From assembly GCA_949292205.1 (NCBI GenBank), contig CASEYR010000008.1, positions 14,382 through 78,381 of the forward strand: DNA of 64,000 bases, given 5' to 3'. Made by a program: the position numbers and the translations under genes. Shown one piece after another: positions 22,135-32,267 of the stretch. Origin of the DNA: an uncultured Alphaproteobacteria bacterium (GTDB lineage: Bacteria; Pseudomonadota; Alphaproteobacteria; CAAHEQ01; UBA3637). The notes beneath the pieces were generated by a model. It searched no databases. It was not told where the DNA came from and saw only the letters and a list, made by a program, of their open reading frames with translations. How positions within the stretch are numbered: position 1 is the stretch's first letter; every line of letters begins with the position of its first letter.

Positions 22135-22725
22135 CTACGCCGTGCGACTTCGCTCTATTTCCAACAACCGACGACGAGCCAACATCAAATCTTGTTGCTT
22201 CATTGCCTGTAATGAGCGAACAATTTCTTGTGCTGTTTTTTCCTTTACTTCCCGAGGCATCTGCGCAACGGCACGATCAATTTCGGCAGCATCCGCCTCA
22301 CGTCTTTGATCGGGGGTTTTTAATCCAAATAACAGCTCTTTTGCCGCCGCATCAATTTCCAAATCCAATGATTTTTTATTATTACCATCTAAATTCAAAG
22401 ACTTTTGTTGTTTTTCCATTTCCTGTTCACGGTTGGCTACAACACCTTTATCGGTTGCATAATCCATCAAAACCCAACATTTACGCAAATAATCAACCAA
22501 CTCTTTTAATTTACCATATTCTGCCGCTTTGGGATCCATTTTGTGTAGCATATCGGCCGCCACCTGATAGTTAATCAATGTTTCAGAGCGTATTTCCCTC
22601 ATATCCTTTAATTCAGCATCCGAAATCATTCCATCCGAATAAAAATGCTCTACAACCCGAACCAAGTCAAAATAACGGCTAGCCTCATAATCACGAGAAG
22701 AATCAATTAAGCTTGTATCTACCAT
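22135..22725 (-). CDS. hypothetical helical protein
   Basis: 196-aa ORF, charged/helical, no assignable motif. Has its own terminator. Confidence 0.45.
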   Translation of the reverse strand: MVDTSLIDSSRDYEASRYFDLVRVVEHFYSDGMISDAELKDMREIRSETLINYQVAADMLHKMDPKAAEYGKLKELVDYLRKCWVLMDYATDKGVVANREQEMEKQQKSLNLDGNNKKSLDLEIDAAAKELLFGLKTPDQRREADAAEIDRAVAQMPREVKEKTAQEIVRSLQAMKQQDLMLARRRLLEIERSRTA

Positions 22726-22761
22726 AATAAACCTCCTTATCCGATTACTTATTTTAACCGA

Positions 22762-23286
22762 TTATTTTTTTAGTGTCAAGTTTTTTAAAACAGAGAACGG
22801 ATTTGTATTTTCCTCCTTTTCATCCGGTTCGTTGTCTATGTATTCAAAGGGTTCTGTCGTTTTTCTGGGAAACGGATTTAAATTAACCCCGAACTCTTCG
22901 GCAATCGCTTCACCTAAATTAATCTTACCGTGCACAACCGGCAAAACAATATCTTCATCAACATCCATTTCCGGAGATTCTTTCCCAGGCATATCCGAAA
23001 ATAGCAACCGAAAAGGTTCTGATGTTTTTTCAATAAAAGATTCTAACGAAACAGCACAAATACGCTCCTGTTCAGATTGTATAACCCCCTCAAAAACAAC
23101 AATATCATCCCAAAACAAACGGCCAGAAACAGTTAAAGATAAAATTTTCGGGACATCAAATCGTTTCGCCAATGCCTCACATTCAGCAGATGTTGCATTT
23201 AAAACTAAATCGTCACCCTTTTCTGTAACCGTTCGGACATCAACTAATTTATTTATCCCAAAATTTTCCATACATAATTTTTTCAT
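22762..23286 (-). CDS. yceD: YceD/DUF177 family protein (large-subunit rRNA accumulation protein)
   Basis: 174 aa. Acidic C-terminus ...NPFSVLKNL typical of DUF177. Confidence 0.7.
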   Translation of the reverse strand: MKKLCMENFGINKLVDVRTVTEKGDDLVLNATSAECEALAKRFDVPKILSLTVSGRLFWDDIVVFEGVIQSEQERICAVSLESFIEKTSEPFRLLFSDMPGKESPEMDVDEDIVLPVVHGKINLGEAIAEEFGVNLNPFPRKTTEPFEYIDNEPDEKEENTNPFSVLKNLTLKK

Positions 23287-23344
23287 TGACGAAAAGACTC
23301 CTTTTGCTTATATTAACAAGCATAGTATAACAAAAAGGATAATT

Positions 23345-23803
23345 ATGTTCAAGATTTTGATGATGATTTGTATATTCGGAGGCTTTTTGACCGCTTGCGG
23401 ATTAGAGTATTATCCAAGCGGTGATTTACCGACTCAAGCACGTTTAAAAGCCATACAGGTCGGGGACACAAAAGAAAAAGTACTTCGTATTTTGGGAACA
23501 CCCGCATCAGATAATCCGCCACTACAAGATAAAACAAGCTTTTTGATTTATGCCCAAAATCTTAAAGAGAGTCAGGCTTTTTTTGAACCAAAAGAAATCA
23601 AGCGAGACGTATATGTGTACTATTTTGATGCAAATGATGTTTTAAAAGAACAAAAACATCTAACGCTTAGCGACAAAAGATCCATCGGTTTTGAGGAAGC
23701 AATTACACCTGTTGGGGGACGAGAATTATCTGTATTTGAACAAATCATCAATAACTTCGGCCGATATAATGCTGGCGGACAAGATAGCTCGGTAAAACGG
23801 TAA
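23345..23803 (+). CDS. bamE: outer-membrane lipoprotein BamE (SmpA/OmlA)
   Basis: Start refined (RBS AAAGGA). Lipobox LTAC|G. BamE motif QVGDTKEKVLRILGTP. Confidence 0.75.
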   Translation: MFKILMMICIFGGFLTACGLEYYPSGDLPTQARLKAIQVGDTKEKVLRILGTPASDNPPLQDKTSFLIYAQNLKESQAFFEPKEIKRDVYVYYFDANDVLKEQKHLTLSDKRSIGFEEAITPVGGRELSVFEQIINNFGRYNAGGQDSSVKR

Positions 23804-23809
23804 AAGCTT

Positions 23810-24601
23810 ATGAAACATACCCTTAAAATTATCTTCGGTATTTTAATTATCGTTCAAATAGCTCTTTCGGTTATGTTATACTTATCGATATCTGATACCC
23901 TACCCCGTCCTCAAAGACGATATAGAATTTTAGCTTGTATTAGTAGTTTTAAACGCCCGGTATTTGTTTCGGGACAAGTATTGCGAATGATGAATCAAAG
24001 CTATCCCGTAGATGTTAGTTTATCCATAAAAGGGGTTCCCGAGTTCTTTGTAAAAACAGCATTAAAATCCGAATGGCGTCCTTTTATAGACTCAGGACGA
24101 TTAAAACTTAGAATAGATCCAAACAGAGATCAATTATCTAATTTTCTGGATACGGTACGAGGAATTGATCTATCAAAATACGATTTTTTTTGCAAAATAG
24201 ATGATGATGATTGGTATGGACCGGATTATTTTGAACATGTGAATGAATGGTTAAATAAGACATCAAATATTGGCATTTCCTTAAGCACAAGAGCTTATGT
24301 TATTCGCGATGGGAAAAAAGAGGTACGTGTTTTTAAAAACAATTCCTTATTATCCGGCCCCAGTATGTGTTTTAGCAGAAAAACCATAGAAGCAGCTTTA
24401 GAGATTGAAAAAAATCCGGCAGCACAAAAAAAATATCTACCACGTGTATCTGTAGAACATTTTAAACAACGCCGAGAAGATAATTATATGAACCAATTAG
24501 GGAAAAGCATCGGAAAAGAACAACGAAGAATAACGCCCTTCACGGATCTGTCATTTGGTCAGCAGTACCCATCTGTTATGCGTGGAAACTATCTACCATA
24601 A
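23810..24601 (+). CDS. putative GT-A-type glycosyltransferase (DXD-like IDDDDWY motif)
   Basis: 263 aa. N-terminal TM anchor; ILACISSFKRP resembles a GT2 N-terminal strand; acidic DDDD stretch. Family not assignable. Confidence 0.4.
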   Translation: MKHTLKIIFGILIIVQIALSVMLYLSISDTLPRPQRRYRILACISSFKRPVFVSGQVLRMMNQSYPVDVSLSIKGVPEFFVKTALKSEWRPFIDSGRLKLRIDPNRDQLSNFLDTVRGIDLSKYDFFCKIDDDDWYGPDYFEHVNEWLNKTSNIGISLSTRAYVIRDGKKEVRVFKNNSLLSGPSMCFSRKTIEAALEIEKNPAAQKKYLPRVSVEHFKQRREDNYMNQLGKSIGKEQRRITPFTDLSFGQQYPSVMRGNYLP

Positions 24602-24759
24602 TAGATCAAACTATCGTTTGATATAAAAAAACGATCTCAACTTCACAGCATATTCACAAACAAAGAAATCTCCAAAAAATGTCTTTCGGCTTTATCCTGA
24701 TTTATCTCATGCTAATTTGATAAAAAAATAAAACCTTTCAAAAAGCGAAAGGTTTTAAA

Positions 24760-24836
24760 TGGCGGGAGTGAAGGGGCTCGAACCCTCGACCTTCTGCGTG
24801 ACAGGCAGACGCTCTAACCAGCTGAGCTACACCCCC
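24760..24836 (-). tRNA. tRNA-Asp (GTC)
   Basis: Folds into a cloverleaf: acceptor GGGGGTG/CACTCCC, anticodon loop CTGTCAC, T-loop TTCGAGC, 3' GCCA. Followed on the minus strand by hairpin AAACCTTTC/GAAAGGTTT plus a T-run (24731..24757). Confidence 0.93.
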
Positions 24837-24950
24837 AAGGAATGTGAACATGTTTTTATCAGATTTTTTTTCAAATTGCAAGCCTTTTTTTTGTTTTTTT
24901 TATTTTTTTATATAAGTTATTATATTAAAATAAAAAAATAAAAATATTAT

Positions 24951-26042
24951 TCACGATCTCCCTTCATAGCGAGGCAACCTTTCACTGATAGTTAAAGCTC
25001 GTTTCGTCATAATCTTTTGACGCTTTTGATCTGCGTCAAAATCAAACAGCCGCAAATCCCGCTTTAGAATCCGATGTGTCGTTCCGGTTTTTGAAAGATC
25101 ATCAGCAACCATTGCCAATCCCTCCATTGCCAAGTTCTCATTTGTTTTAATCAAACGAATAGAGGCTTTCTTCGCATGCTTAGAGGCATATTTCCCCGGG
25201 CGATCATACAATGTGTCCAAAAACTCTTGTCGCACCTCTGAAATGCTTAAAATCTCCTTAACAAGTCCCCCTAAATAAATATTAGATAAGTGGCGATCCG
25301 GAATTTCTTGTCCCAAAAATTGTGCCAAAAAACGAGCCATCACCATATATGTCTTCAAAGCTGCAGCATCTCCCTGATGTGCTAATTGAGTTACCTCTTT
25401 CGGCGTTTGAGCTAACTGATTACGATCTGTGCGAATAGCCGTCAGATATTGATAAATACGGAGTGATGAAGGACCACTGATATAATCTTCCCAAATACCT
25501 TCCCGTTGTTCCCGCATATAACCCCAAACATTTTCATCCGTCTTTCCGCCACGCTTAGATGGGATTGCCTCATGATGCCCCGGCTCTGAAGCTTCCACAC
25601 AACCATCATTGGCATACGATCCTCCAAATCCGGTCCCGACAACAATAACACAAGAAGATGGATTCTTCTGACTGGCAGTCGTATTCGGATTTAACTCCTC
25701 CCACTCTTCCGGAGTTAAATCAAGAACTTTTACTGCATGAAAAACAACATCATTTGCCAACAATCCTTTTTGAAATCCAAATTGACGACAAATCTCACGA
25801 ATATCTAACTGTAGCGCTGAATTGGTTAACTCAATACGCCCATCCTCATTAATTTCACCTGCAGCACCTGCAACAAAATAGTCAGGTTTTTCATTAACTT
25901 CCGACAAATATGTTTGAATAGCATCTTCGGTTGAGCGAAACTGATTACAAACATATTTATGAACTTTACTTACCTTCTTATCCTCGGCTATCCCAAAACG
26001 GATATTTGTCCCCCCGACATCTGCAATTAATACTTTACTCAT
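24951..26042 (-). CDS. glk: glucokinase
   Basis: Start refined to MSKVLIADVGGTNIRFG (RBS AAGGAG). Glk-family N-terminal ATP motif. Confidence 0.8.
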   Translation of the reverse strand: MSKVLIADVGGTNIRFGIAEDKKVSKVHKYVCNQFRSTEDAIQTYLSEVNEKPDYFVAGAAGEINEDGRIELTNSALQLDIREICRQFGFQKGLLANDVVFHAVKVLDLTPEEWEELNPNTTASQKNPSSCVIVVGTGFGGSYANDGCVEASEPGHHEAIPSKRGGKTDENVWGYMREQREGIWEDYISGPSSLRIYQYLTAIRTDRNQLAQTPKEVTQLAHQGDAAALKTYMVMARFLAQFLGQEIPDRHLSNIYLGGLVKEILSISEVRQEFLDTLYDRPGKYASKHAKKASIRLIKTNENLAMEGLAMVADDLSKTGTTHRILKRDLRLFDFDADQKRQKIMTKRALTISERLPRYEGRS

Positions 26043-26151
26043 ACTAAAAACTCCTTGGCAGTAACGATGGGAACAGTATATCACATATCCATCTATCTGA
26101 CAAGAAAAACATTAACAGAAACACATCAGACAACACATGAACAATTTAGAA

Positions 26152-26880
26152 TCACCGAACTCTTCGGGTAAAAATTTCCTGAGCTGTTTCCAACTCTTCC
26201 GGCGTATTGACTCCGTGCAATTCGTCTACATCTCCAATAACAACATCGCATTTTAAATTTTGTGTACGAGCCACAGATACAATATCCGTCAAATAATACT
26301 CTCCAGCTGCATTATCATTCTGAATTTGGCGTAATAGCTCTAACACATATTTACCATTTACACACATAACACCGGAATTACATAACCGAATCGCGCGTTG
26401 AGCATCCGTTGCATCTTTATATTCGACAATACCTTCTAACCCATTAGTCCCCATAATTAAACGTCCGTAACGACGTGCATCGGTCGGAATAAATCCCAGA
26501 ACAACAACATCCGCCCCTGATTCATATTCATGAATCATTTTTTTAATTGTTTCCGGTGATATCAAAGGACTATCTCCGAACAAAATTACGACACACCCAT
26601 CAAAGGGACTCAAATAATCGCTTGCCGCCAACACGGCATGAGCCGTTCCCAATCGTTCGGATTGAACAACTGTTTGAATCGGTTCAACAGCCTTTGCCAC
26701 AGCCTCCATATTAGGACCTATAACGACCGTCATATCACGATCACGAATATCTGCCTGTCTAACGCTATTTAGCAAAATACGAATCATAGGTGTTCCACAA
26801 ATGGGATGAAGCACTTTCGGTAAATCCGAACGCATCCGAGTTCCTTGTCCTGCTCCCAATATGATTGCCTTAACTTCCAT
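26152..26880 (-). CDS. sugar-1-phosphate uridylyltransferase, GlmU N-terminal-domain homolog without the acetyltransferase (LbH) domain
   Basis: 242 aa. Colinear with GlmU residues 1-230 (LGAGQGTRM, LGTAHA, GDSPLIS, VEYKDATDAQR, AAGEYYLTD). Stop at 26152, only 67 nt before the next gene. No hexapeptide-repeat domain. Confidence 0.8.
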   Translation of the reverse strand: MEVKAIILGAGQGTRMRSDLPKVLHPICGTPMIRILLNSVRQADIRDRDMTVVIGPNMEAVAKAVEPIQTVVQSERLGTAHAVLAASDYLSPFDGCVVILFGDSPLISPETIKKMIHEYESGADVVVLGFIPTDARRYGRLIMGTNGLEGIVEYKDATDAQRAIRLCNSGVMCVNGKYVLELLRQIQNDNAAGEYYLTDIVSVARTQNLKCDVVIGDVDELHGVNTPEELETAQEIFTRRVR

Positions 26881-26895
26881 TTATTTTCCTTTCCG

Positions 26896-29154
26896 TTAAA
26901 TTAAAATACCATGATCCCGCGCGTACATTTTCAACTTCTCACGCAAAGATCCCGACGTTATTTCCAGTTGTTTTTCCAGATACGCCGATAAATGCTTTTG
27001 ATCCATTGTCCGAATTGCCGCCTTTACCGGCCCTAATGATGAAGGAGTCATTGATAGCGAACGAAATCCCAATCCGACCAAAGCAACAGCCTCTAAACTG
27101 CGACTTGCCATCTCACCACACACTGAACAGGGAACGTGTGCCTGTTGACAGATATCACAAATATATTTCAATGCCTTTAATAAGGATGGAGACAGCGAAT
27201 CATAGCGATTCCAAATCATGGGATTTCCACGATCACATGCATATAAAAATTGAGCCAAATCATTCGTTCCGATAGAGATAAAATCAACTTCTCTAACCAA
27301 TTGTTCCATCTGAAAAATCAAGGATGGAACTTCTATCATTGTTCCCACGCGAATTATGCGCGGCAAAGTCCCACCGCGACGTTTTTCCCGTTCAACCTCC
27401 ATCATTAAGGTCTTACGTGCCTCAATAAACTCACGAACAGAGGCAATCATAGGAAACATTACATACAAATCTAACCCGGCTGCAGCCCGAATAAAAGCAC
27501 GCAACTGACTCCGTAGCAGAGCCCGTCTATCCAAAGTCATTCGAATAGAGCGCCACCCCATCGCCGGATTTTCCTCGGTATGACGTTGAAAGTAAGGCAA
27601 AACTTTATCCGATCCGATATCCAGCGATCGAAAAACAACCGGCTTATTTTGAGCCTGCATCAATGCTCGCCGATATATATCTTCTTGCGTTTTTACGTCC
27701 GGTAATTCTTCTGCAATCATAAATGGCAGTTCTGTTCTATATAAACCGACACCATCAAAAAAAACACCGTCGCCGACCATTAAGTCATTTGAGAGTCCAG
27801 CATTAATATTTAAAGACACGGTTGTTCCATCTCGTGTCGTTGCCGGCAAATCCTTCATTTGAGCATAACGTGCACGTAATTTTTTCTGATTTTGAGCTCG
27901 CTCACTTAAAACATCAAGCGTTTCATCCGATGGATTTAAATAGACATTACCGGCCGTTGCATCCAAAGCAACCGAATCGCCGTTTGAAATAATCTGAGCC
28001 ACGTTTTTGATACCGCAAACCAAAGGTATATTCAAAGAACGTGCCACAATAACCATATGCATGGTTTGGGAACCTTCCTCCAAAACAATTCCTTTAATTT
28101 TACTTTTATCATAATCTAACAACTCAGCCGGTCCTAAATTTTTAGCAATTAAAATCGTATTTCTGGGTATTTTTCTATTTTGAATAGATTTCGCCCGCCC
28201 CAAATGCCTCCTTAATCGTCCGACCAAGTCACGAAAATCATGAATCCTCTCTTTGATATAAGGATCTGTCATTAGCTCCATCCTATCGGTAATTTCATCG
28301 CCCACTTTTTGAACTGCCGCATCTGCCGTTAAACCGGTTTCAATGGCTTTTATCATCTTGGCAATCCAACCTTTATCTTTGATAAACATCAAATATGTTT
28401 CAAAAATAGCCGATTGATCACCACTCATATGCGATGTTGCCAAAATCTTATTGACTTCACACTCAACTCGCTCTAACGCTTGCATTAATTTTTGAATTTC
28501 TTTTTGAGCATCTCCCGATAAAACCTGAACAACCTGCTCGGCTCTCTTATGAACCAAAGCTTGTCCGATAGCAAAACCATCAATTAAACCAGTACCTTCT
28601 ATTTTTTGTCGTCCACCAACCGACAACGTATCTGAATCAGATTTCTTAAATTGCTGACTCGCCAGCATTTCAGCCAAAACCATACCTATAGTTTCCAGCA
28701 ATTCAATCATTTCAGATGAGAAAGTTTGTATTTTTCGTGTTTGAATAGCCAACACACCCAAAATGCGATTAGCACGAATAAGTGGAACACCAACCAATGA
28801 TTTAAATTGTTTTTCTTTCGTCTCTGGCTTATACACAAAGCTGGTGTGGGACCAAACATCTTCAACGGCTAATGGTTTACGCTGTAATGCAATCTCGCCG
28901 ACAAGACCTTCCCCAATTCTCAAAAAAGTTTCATGAACGGCTTTCTTATCTAATCCGTATGTTGCACATAGTTCCAGTATTCCGCCGGGACGAGAAATAT
29001 AACAAGAACAAACATCAACATTTAATCGTTGAGCAACCTGTTCTACTATTTTATCTAATCGTTCCTGTGGAGGCATATCTCGAGCAGTTAATGCCCGCAA
29101 AGACTTCATAATTTGCCGAACAGAAATCATATCATGCAAACGGTTGCGATCCAT
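26896..29154 (-). CDS. ptsP: phosphoenolpyruvate-protein phosphotransferase PtsP (EI-Ntr) with N-terminal GAF domain
   Basis: 752 aa. GAF, then a PEP-utilizing enzyme domain (mobile His region, PEP-binding TIM barrel CGEMA). Confidence 0.9.
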   Translation of the reverse strand: MDRNRLHDMISVRQIMKSLRALTARDMPPQERLDKIVEQVAQRLNVDVCSCYISRPGGILELCATYGLDKKAVHETFLRIGEGLVGEIALQRKPLAVEDVWSHTSFVYKPETKEKQFKSLVGVPLIRANRILGVLAIQTRKIQTFSSEMIELLETIGMVLAEMLASQQFKKSDSDTLSVGGRQKIEGTGLIDGFAIGQALVHKRAEQVVQVLSGDAQKEIQKLMQALERVECEVNKILATSHMSGDQSAIFETYLMFIKDKGWIAKMIKAIETGLTADAAVQKVGDEITDRMELMTDPYIKERIHDFRDLVGRLRRHLGRAKSIQNRKIPRNTILIAKNLGPAELLDYDKSKIKGIVLEEGSQTMHMVIVARSLNIPLVCGIKNVAQIISNGDSVALDATAGNVYLNPSDETLDVLSERAQNQKKLRARYAQMKDLPATTRDGTTVSLNINAGLSNDLMVGDGVFFDGVGLYRTELPFMIAEELPDVKTQEDIYRRALMQAQNKPVVFRSLDIGSDKVLPYFQRHTEENPAMGWRSIRMTLDRRALLRSQLRAFIRAAAGLDLYVMFPMIASVREFIEARKTLMMEVEREKRRGGTLPRIIRVGTMIEVPSLIFQMEQLVREVDFISIGTNDLAQFLYACDRGNPMIWNRYDSLSPSLLKALKYICDICQQAHVPCSVCGEMASRSLEAVALVGLGFRSLSMTPSSLGPVKAAIRTMDQKHLSAYLEKQLEITSGSLREKLKMYARDHGILI

Positions 29155-29489
29155 GCTTAATTCTCACTCCTTCTTTTGCTATCATAAGCAGGATTTTTTC
29201 TTCTCGTCAAGTCTTTTCACATATCTTAAAGTAAGTTTTTGATTCAAATGATATTCAAAAAAATTTTAATCTTGATTAAGAGGCAACATTGGTCTACCTA
29301 CAACAACACTACTATCGTGAGTATGGCAGGTAAAGCCTAAAAAATGATGCTATTTTGACGGTCTGTATATGATCAGCAGATAGCCTATTTAATATTACTT
29401 AACTCAGTACACCCATAGAAACAACACAAAAAAAATATAAAATAAAATCAATGTGTAATAAAATAAATTCAAAAAAATAAAAAAAAGAC

Positions 29490-29518
29490 TTGCAAAAAAG
29501 CATAAAAAAAGATATAAG
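29490..29518 (+). promoter_or_regulatory. putative sigma70 promoter for tRNA-Glu
   Basis: TTGCAA-17-TATAAG, about 15 nt upstream of the tRNA 5' end. Confidence 0.35.
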
Positions 29519-29533
29519 AATACTCACCTTTTT

Positions 29534-29609
29534 GACCCTATCGTCTAGAGGCCTAGGACATCGCCCTTTCACGGCGGTAACGCGAGTTCGAATCTCGCTA
29601 GGGTCGCCA
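29534..29609 (+). tRNA. tRNA-Glu (TTC)
   Basis: Cloverleaf: acceptor GACCCTA/TAGGGTC, anticodon loop CTTTCAC, T-loop TTCGAAT, GCCA end. Confidence 0.93.
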
Positions 29610-29613
29610 ATCA

Positions 29614-29641
29614 AGCAGTGCTAAAAACGCACTGCTTTTTT
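29614..29641 (+). terminator. intrinsic terminator after tRNA-Glu
   Basis: AGCAGTGC-taaaaac-GCACTGCT followed by TTTTTTT. Confidence 0.7.
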
Positions 29642-29749
29642 TGTATAAAAAAATATAATCTATACCTCTAAAGAATTTCACTTGCCAAATACCAAAAATT
29701 GAGTATAAAGAGTTCATACATTATACTCTATTCCGGCGAGGTTAATTAA

Positions 29750-30652
29750 ATGGCTAACTCACACAAAAAACACTTGCATTTACATACGCATCATCATGAA
29801 GTCAGCAATAAGACTGTCTTTTACTTATTTTTGTCATTTTTGATTAACATAATTTTATCTCTTGTTGAAATCATTGGTGGTTTTATCGCCGGTAGTGTCT
29901 CATTGATAGGAGATGCTTTACACAATACATCAGATGCTTTGTCAATCCTAATTGCCGTTATCGCTTTTAAAATCGGTCGAAAAAAAGCTGATACACAGTA
30001 TACTTATGGCTTTAAGCGAGCCGAAACCATCGGTGGATTTATCAATTTAATTTTGTTATTCATATCCGGATGCTATCTGGTTGTTGAGGGAATAACACGA
30101 ATTATTTCCCCCTCTGCTATCAACGGATCAATTATTATCTGGGTTTCTGTTCTTGCTCTGCTTATTGATGTCGCAACGGCAAAACTATCACATCAAGATG
30201 CTGACAAAAATACAAATATGCGTATGGTCTTTTTACACAATTTAGCAGATGCCTTAGGGTCTGTCGGCGTCATTATATCAGGTCTGTTCGTGGTTTTTGG
30301 AGATATCTATTGGATTGATGGCGTTATCGCTCTTTGCATTGCCACCTATATGATTTATCAGTCCGTTTGTTCATTTCCTCATATCGTTAAAATCTTGATG
30401 AATGCCGCTCCGGAACATATTAATCCGACAGAAATAAAAGAAGCTCTCTGCCAAATCTCGGGAGTAAAAGATATTCATCATCTGCATATCTGGTACATCA
30501 ATGAAACGGATATTTCTTTAGAATGTCATTTAGTTGCTGACAACCCAAAGCTCATACAAGAAATCACACATTTTTTAAAAGATGAGTTTCAAATTACTCA
30601 CACCAACATTCAAATCGAGCAAAGTGCCGATTGTGAAGTGTGTTGTTTATAA
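29750..30652 (+). CDS. cation diffusion facilitator family transporter (CzcD-like)
   Basis: 300 aa. His-rich N-terminus; 6 TM; CDF signature in TM2; C-terminal cytoplasmic domain with a terminal CEVCC. Putative promoter TTGCCA-16-TATAAA at 29682..29709. Confidence 0.8.
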   Translation: MANSHKKHLHLHTHHHEVSNKTVFYLFLSFLINIILSLVEIIGGFIAGSVSLIGDALHNTSDALSILIAVIAFKIGRKKADTQYTYGFKRAETIGGFINLILLFISGCYLVVEGITRIISPSAINGSIIIWVSVLALLIDVATAKLSHQDADKNTNMRMVFLHNLADALGSVGVIISGLFVVFGDIYWIDGVIALCIATYMIYQSVCSFPHIVKILMNAAPEHINPTEIKEALCQISGVKDIHHLHIWYINETDISLECHLVADNPKLIQEITHFLKDEFQITHTNIQIEQSADCEVCCL

Positions 30653-30673
30653 GTTATTTCAATAAAAAGTTAT

Positions 30674-31150
30674 TTATTCAATTAAATCAGCCAGTTCAAC
30701 AGGAATGACCTGTTTTAATGCCGCCAAGGAAAGCTCGACCTGATACCCGATTTTACCACCACTAAAAATGATTGTATCAAAATCTACCGCCGTCTGATGA
30801 ATAACCGTCGGAAAGAGTTTCTTCATTCCGATAGGAGAACATCCTCCGTGAACATATCCGGTCAGATGAAGCAACTCTTTCATCGGTAACATCTCTATTG
30901 CTTTCTCACCAACAGATCTGGCTGCTTTTTTTAAATCCAAAACGGTGGCAACAGGTATCATAAACACATAATATCGTTTAGATTTTGAAACAGTAACCAA
31001 GGTTTTAAACACACGGTTAATATCTTGATTCAAAGCACAAGCAACTTCCACACCGTTTATCACTCCTGCTCCGACATAGCTATGAGCCGTATAAGGAATA
31101 TGCTCTTGCTCTAAAATTCGCATCACATTTGTTTTAATTTCTTTAGTCAT
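30674..31150 (-). CDS. ybaK: Cys-tRNA(Pro)/Cys-tRNA(Cys) deacylase YbaK
   Basis: Start refined to MTKEIK... YbaK motif TGYVHGGCSPIG. Confidence 0.75.
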   Translation of the reverse strand: MTKEIKTNVMRILEQEHIPYTAHSYVGAGVINGVEVACALNQDINRVFKTLVTVSKSKRYYVFMIPVATVLDLKKAARSVGEKAIEMLPMKELLHLTGYVHGGCSPIGMKKLFPTVIHQTAVDFDTIIFSGGKIGYQVELSLAALKQVIPVELADLIE

Positions 31151-31985
31151 GAGTCCGTTCAATAGACTTTTGCATACAGCGTAGTTGCTGACGCGTAACA
31201 CGTCCTTCAAATACAGTCGTTGCAGGACCGGTCATGAGAACACTCTTTTTTTCAGCGAGCCAAGAGACATCTAAGCAACCACCTAATAATTCAACCCGAG
31301 CAAAATCCTGACAATATTTTTCAGTAATGGCAGCCACCACAGAAGCACAAGCCCCTGTTCCGCAAGCCATCGTCTCGCCGGATCCACGTTCCCACACTCG
31401 CATTTTCAAGCAGTGATTATTTACAACCTCAACAAACTCAACGTTTGTGCGATTAGGAAATTCGGGTCTTATTTCAATTTCAGAGCCGATCCCCTTAACA
31501 TCAAAAGCAGCTACATTTTGAACAAAGACGACAAAATGAGGGTTGCCCATAGACACATTCATCCCCGAAATATCTAATCCGTTTTTCAACTTTAAGCACA
31601 AATGATCTCCGATAACAGGTGCGCCCATGTCCACTTGAACCGCTTGCACACGACCGTTTTTAACACTTAAGTTAAGTGTTTTAACTCCGGCAAGCGTTTC
31701 AACAGTTAAATTTTCTTTTTTAGTTAAGCCCTTATCATATACATACTTTCCGACACAGCGAATACCATTTCCGCACATTTCTCCTTCCGAGCCATCCGCA
31801 TTAAACATTCGCATCCGAAAATCGGCTTTTTCAGACGGGAGTATCACAATCACCCCATCAGATCCGATGCCTGTATGAGACGGACTAACAACTTTCGCCA
31901 AAGCCCCCCAATCTTGTTCTTTTTCCATCAACCCGTTAAGATAGATATAATCATTGCCCAAACCATGCATTTTAGTAAAGCGCAT
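31143..31985 (-). CDS. dapF: diaminopimelate epimerase
   Basis: 280 aa. FTKMHGLGNDY, catalytic Cys (GNGIRC, ACGTGACA). Confidence 0.9.
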   Translation of the reverse strand: MRFTKMHGLGNDYIYLNGLMEKEQDWGALAKVVSPSHTGIGSDGVIVILPSEKADFRMRMFNADGSEGEMCGNGIRCVGKYVYDKGLTKKENLTVETLAGVKTLNLSVKNGRVQAVQVDMGAPVIGDHLCLKLKNGLDISGMNVSMGNPHFVVFVQNVAAFDVKGIGSEIEIRPEFPNRTNVEFVEVVNNHCLKMRVWERGSGETMACGTGACASVVAAITEKYCQDFARVELLGGCLDVSWLAEKKSVLMTGPATTVFEGRVTRQQLRCMQKSIERTHD

Positions 31986-32013
31986 AACAATTTCCTTTCA
32001 TAGAGATAAATTA

Positions 32014-32214
32014 TTAGTAATGAGGGGGTGGGGTTTCCTCGGACAGAGGCTTAACCAACGCTTCGGCGGAACGATCTTTCAATGCCTCAATTTTTTGATC
32101 CAATAGAGATAAAAGACGAGATAGACGCAAAACCTCAGCATTCAAATCATCCAGTATACGCTCTTGATTTGCCAAGAAAACCTCAATATCCACCAGTCGC
32201 TTTTCCAGATTCAT
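32014..32214 (-). CDS. slyX: SlyX family protein
   Basis: 66-aa coiled coil ending ...ETPPPHY, the SlyX C-terminal signature. Confidence 0.7.
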   Translation of the reverse strand: MNLEKRLVDIEVFLANQERILDDLNAEVLRLSRLLSLLDQKIEALKDRSAEALVKPLSEETPPPHY

Positions 32215-32227
32215 TTAAAACCTCGTA

Positions 32228-32258
32228 GAAAAAAGAGGTCTTTTATGACCTCTTTTTC
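32228..32258. terminator. palindromic intrinsic terminator closing the secreted-protein operon
   Basis: AAAAAGAGGTC-ttttat-GACCTCTTTTT. A/T runs on both sides. Confidence 0.7.
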
Positions 32259-32267
32259 CGTTAGCTA

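Noticed and set aside
22832-23344. Long upstream extension of the bamE ORF (22832..23803, 323 aa)
   Set aside because: The first about 170 codons are antisense to yceD and Ser-rich low complexity. A good RBS and lipoprotein signal begin at 23345.
24759-24941. 60-aa ORF MAGVKGLEPSTF...
   Set aside because: It is the antisense strand of tRNA-Asp plus an AT-rich homopolymer tract, not a protein.
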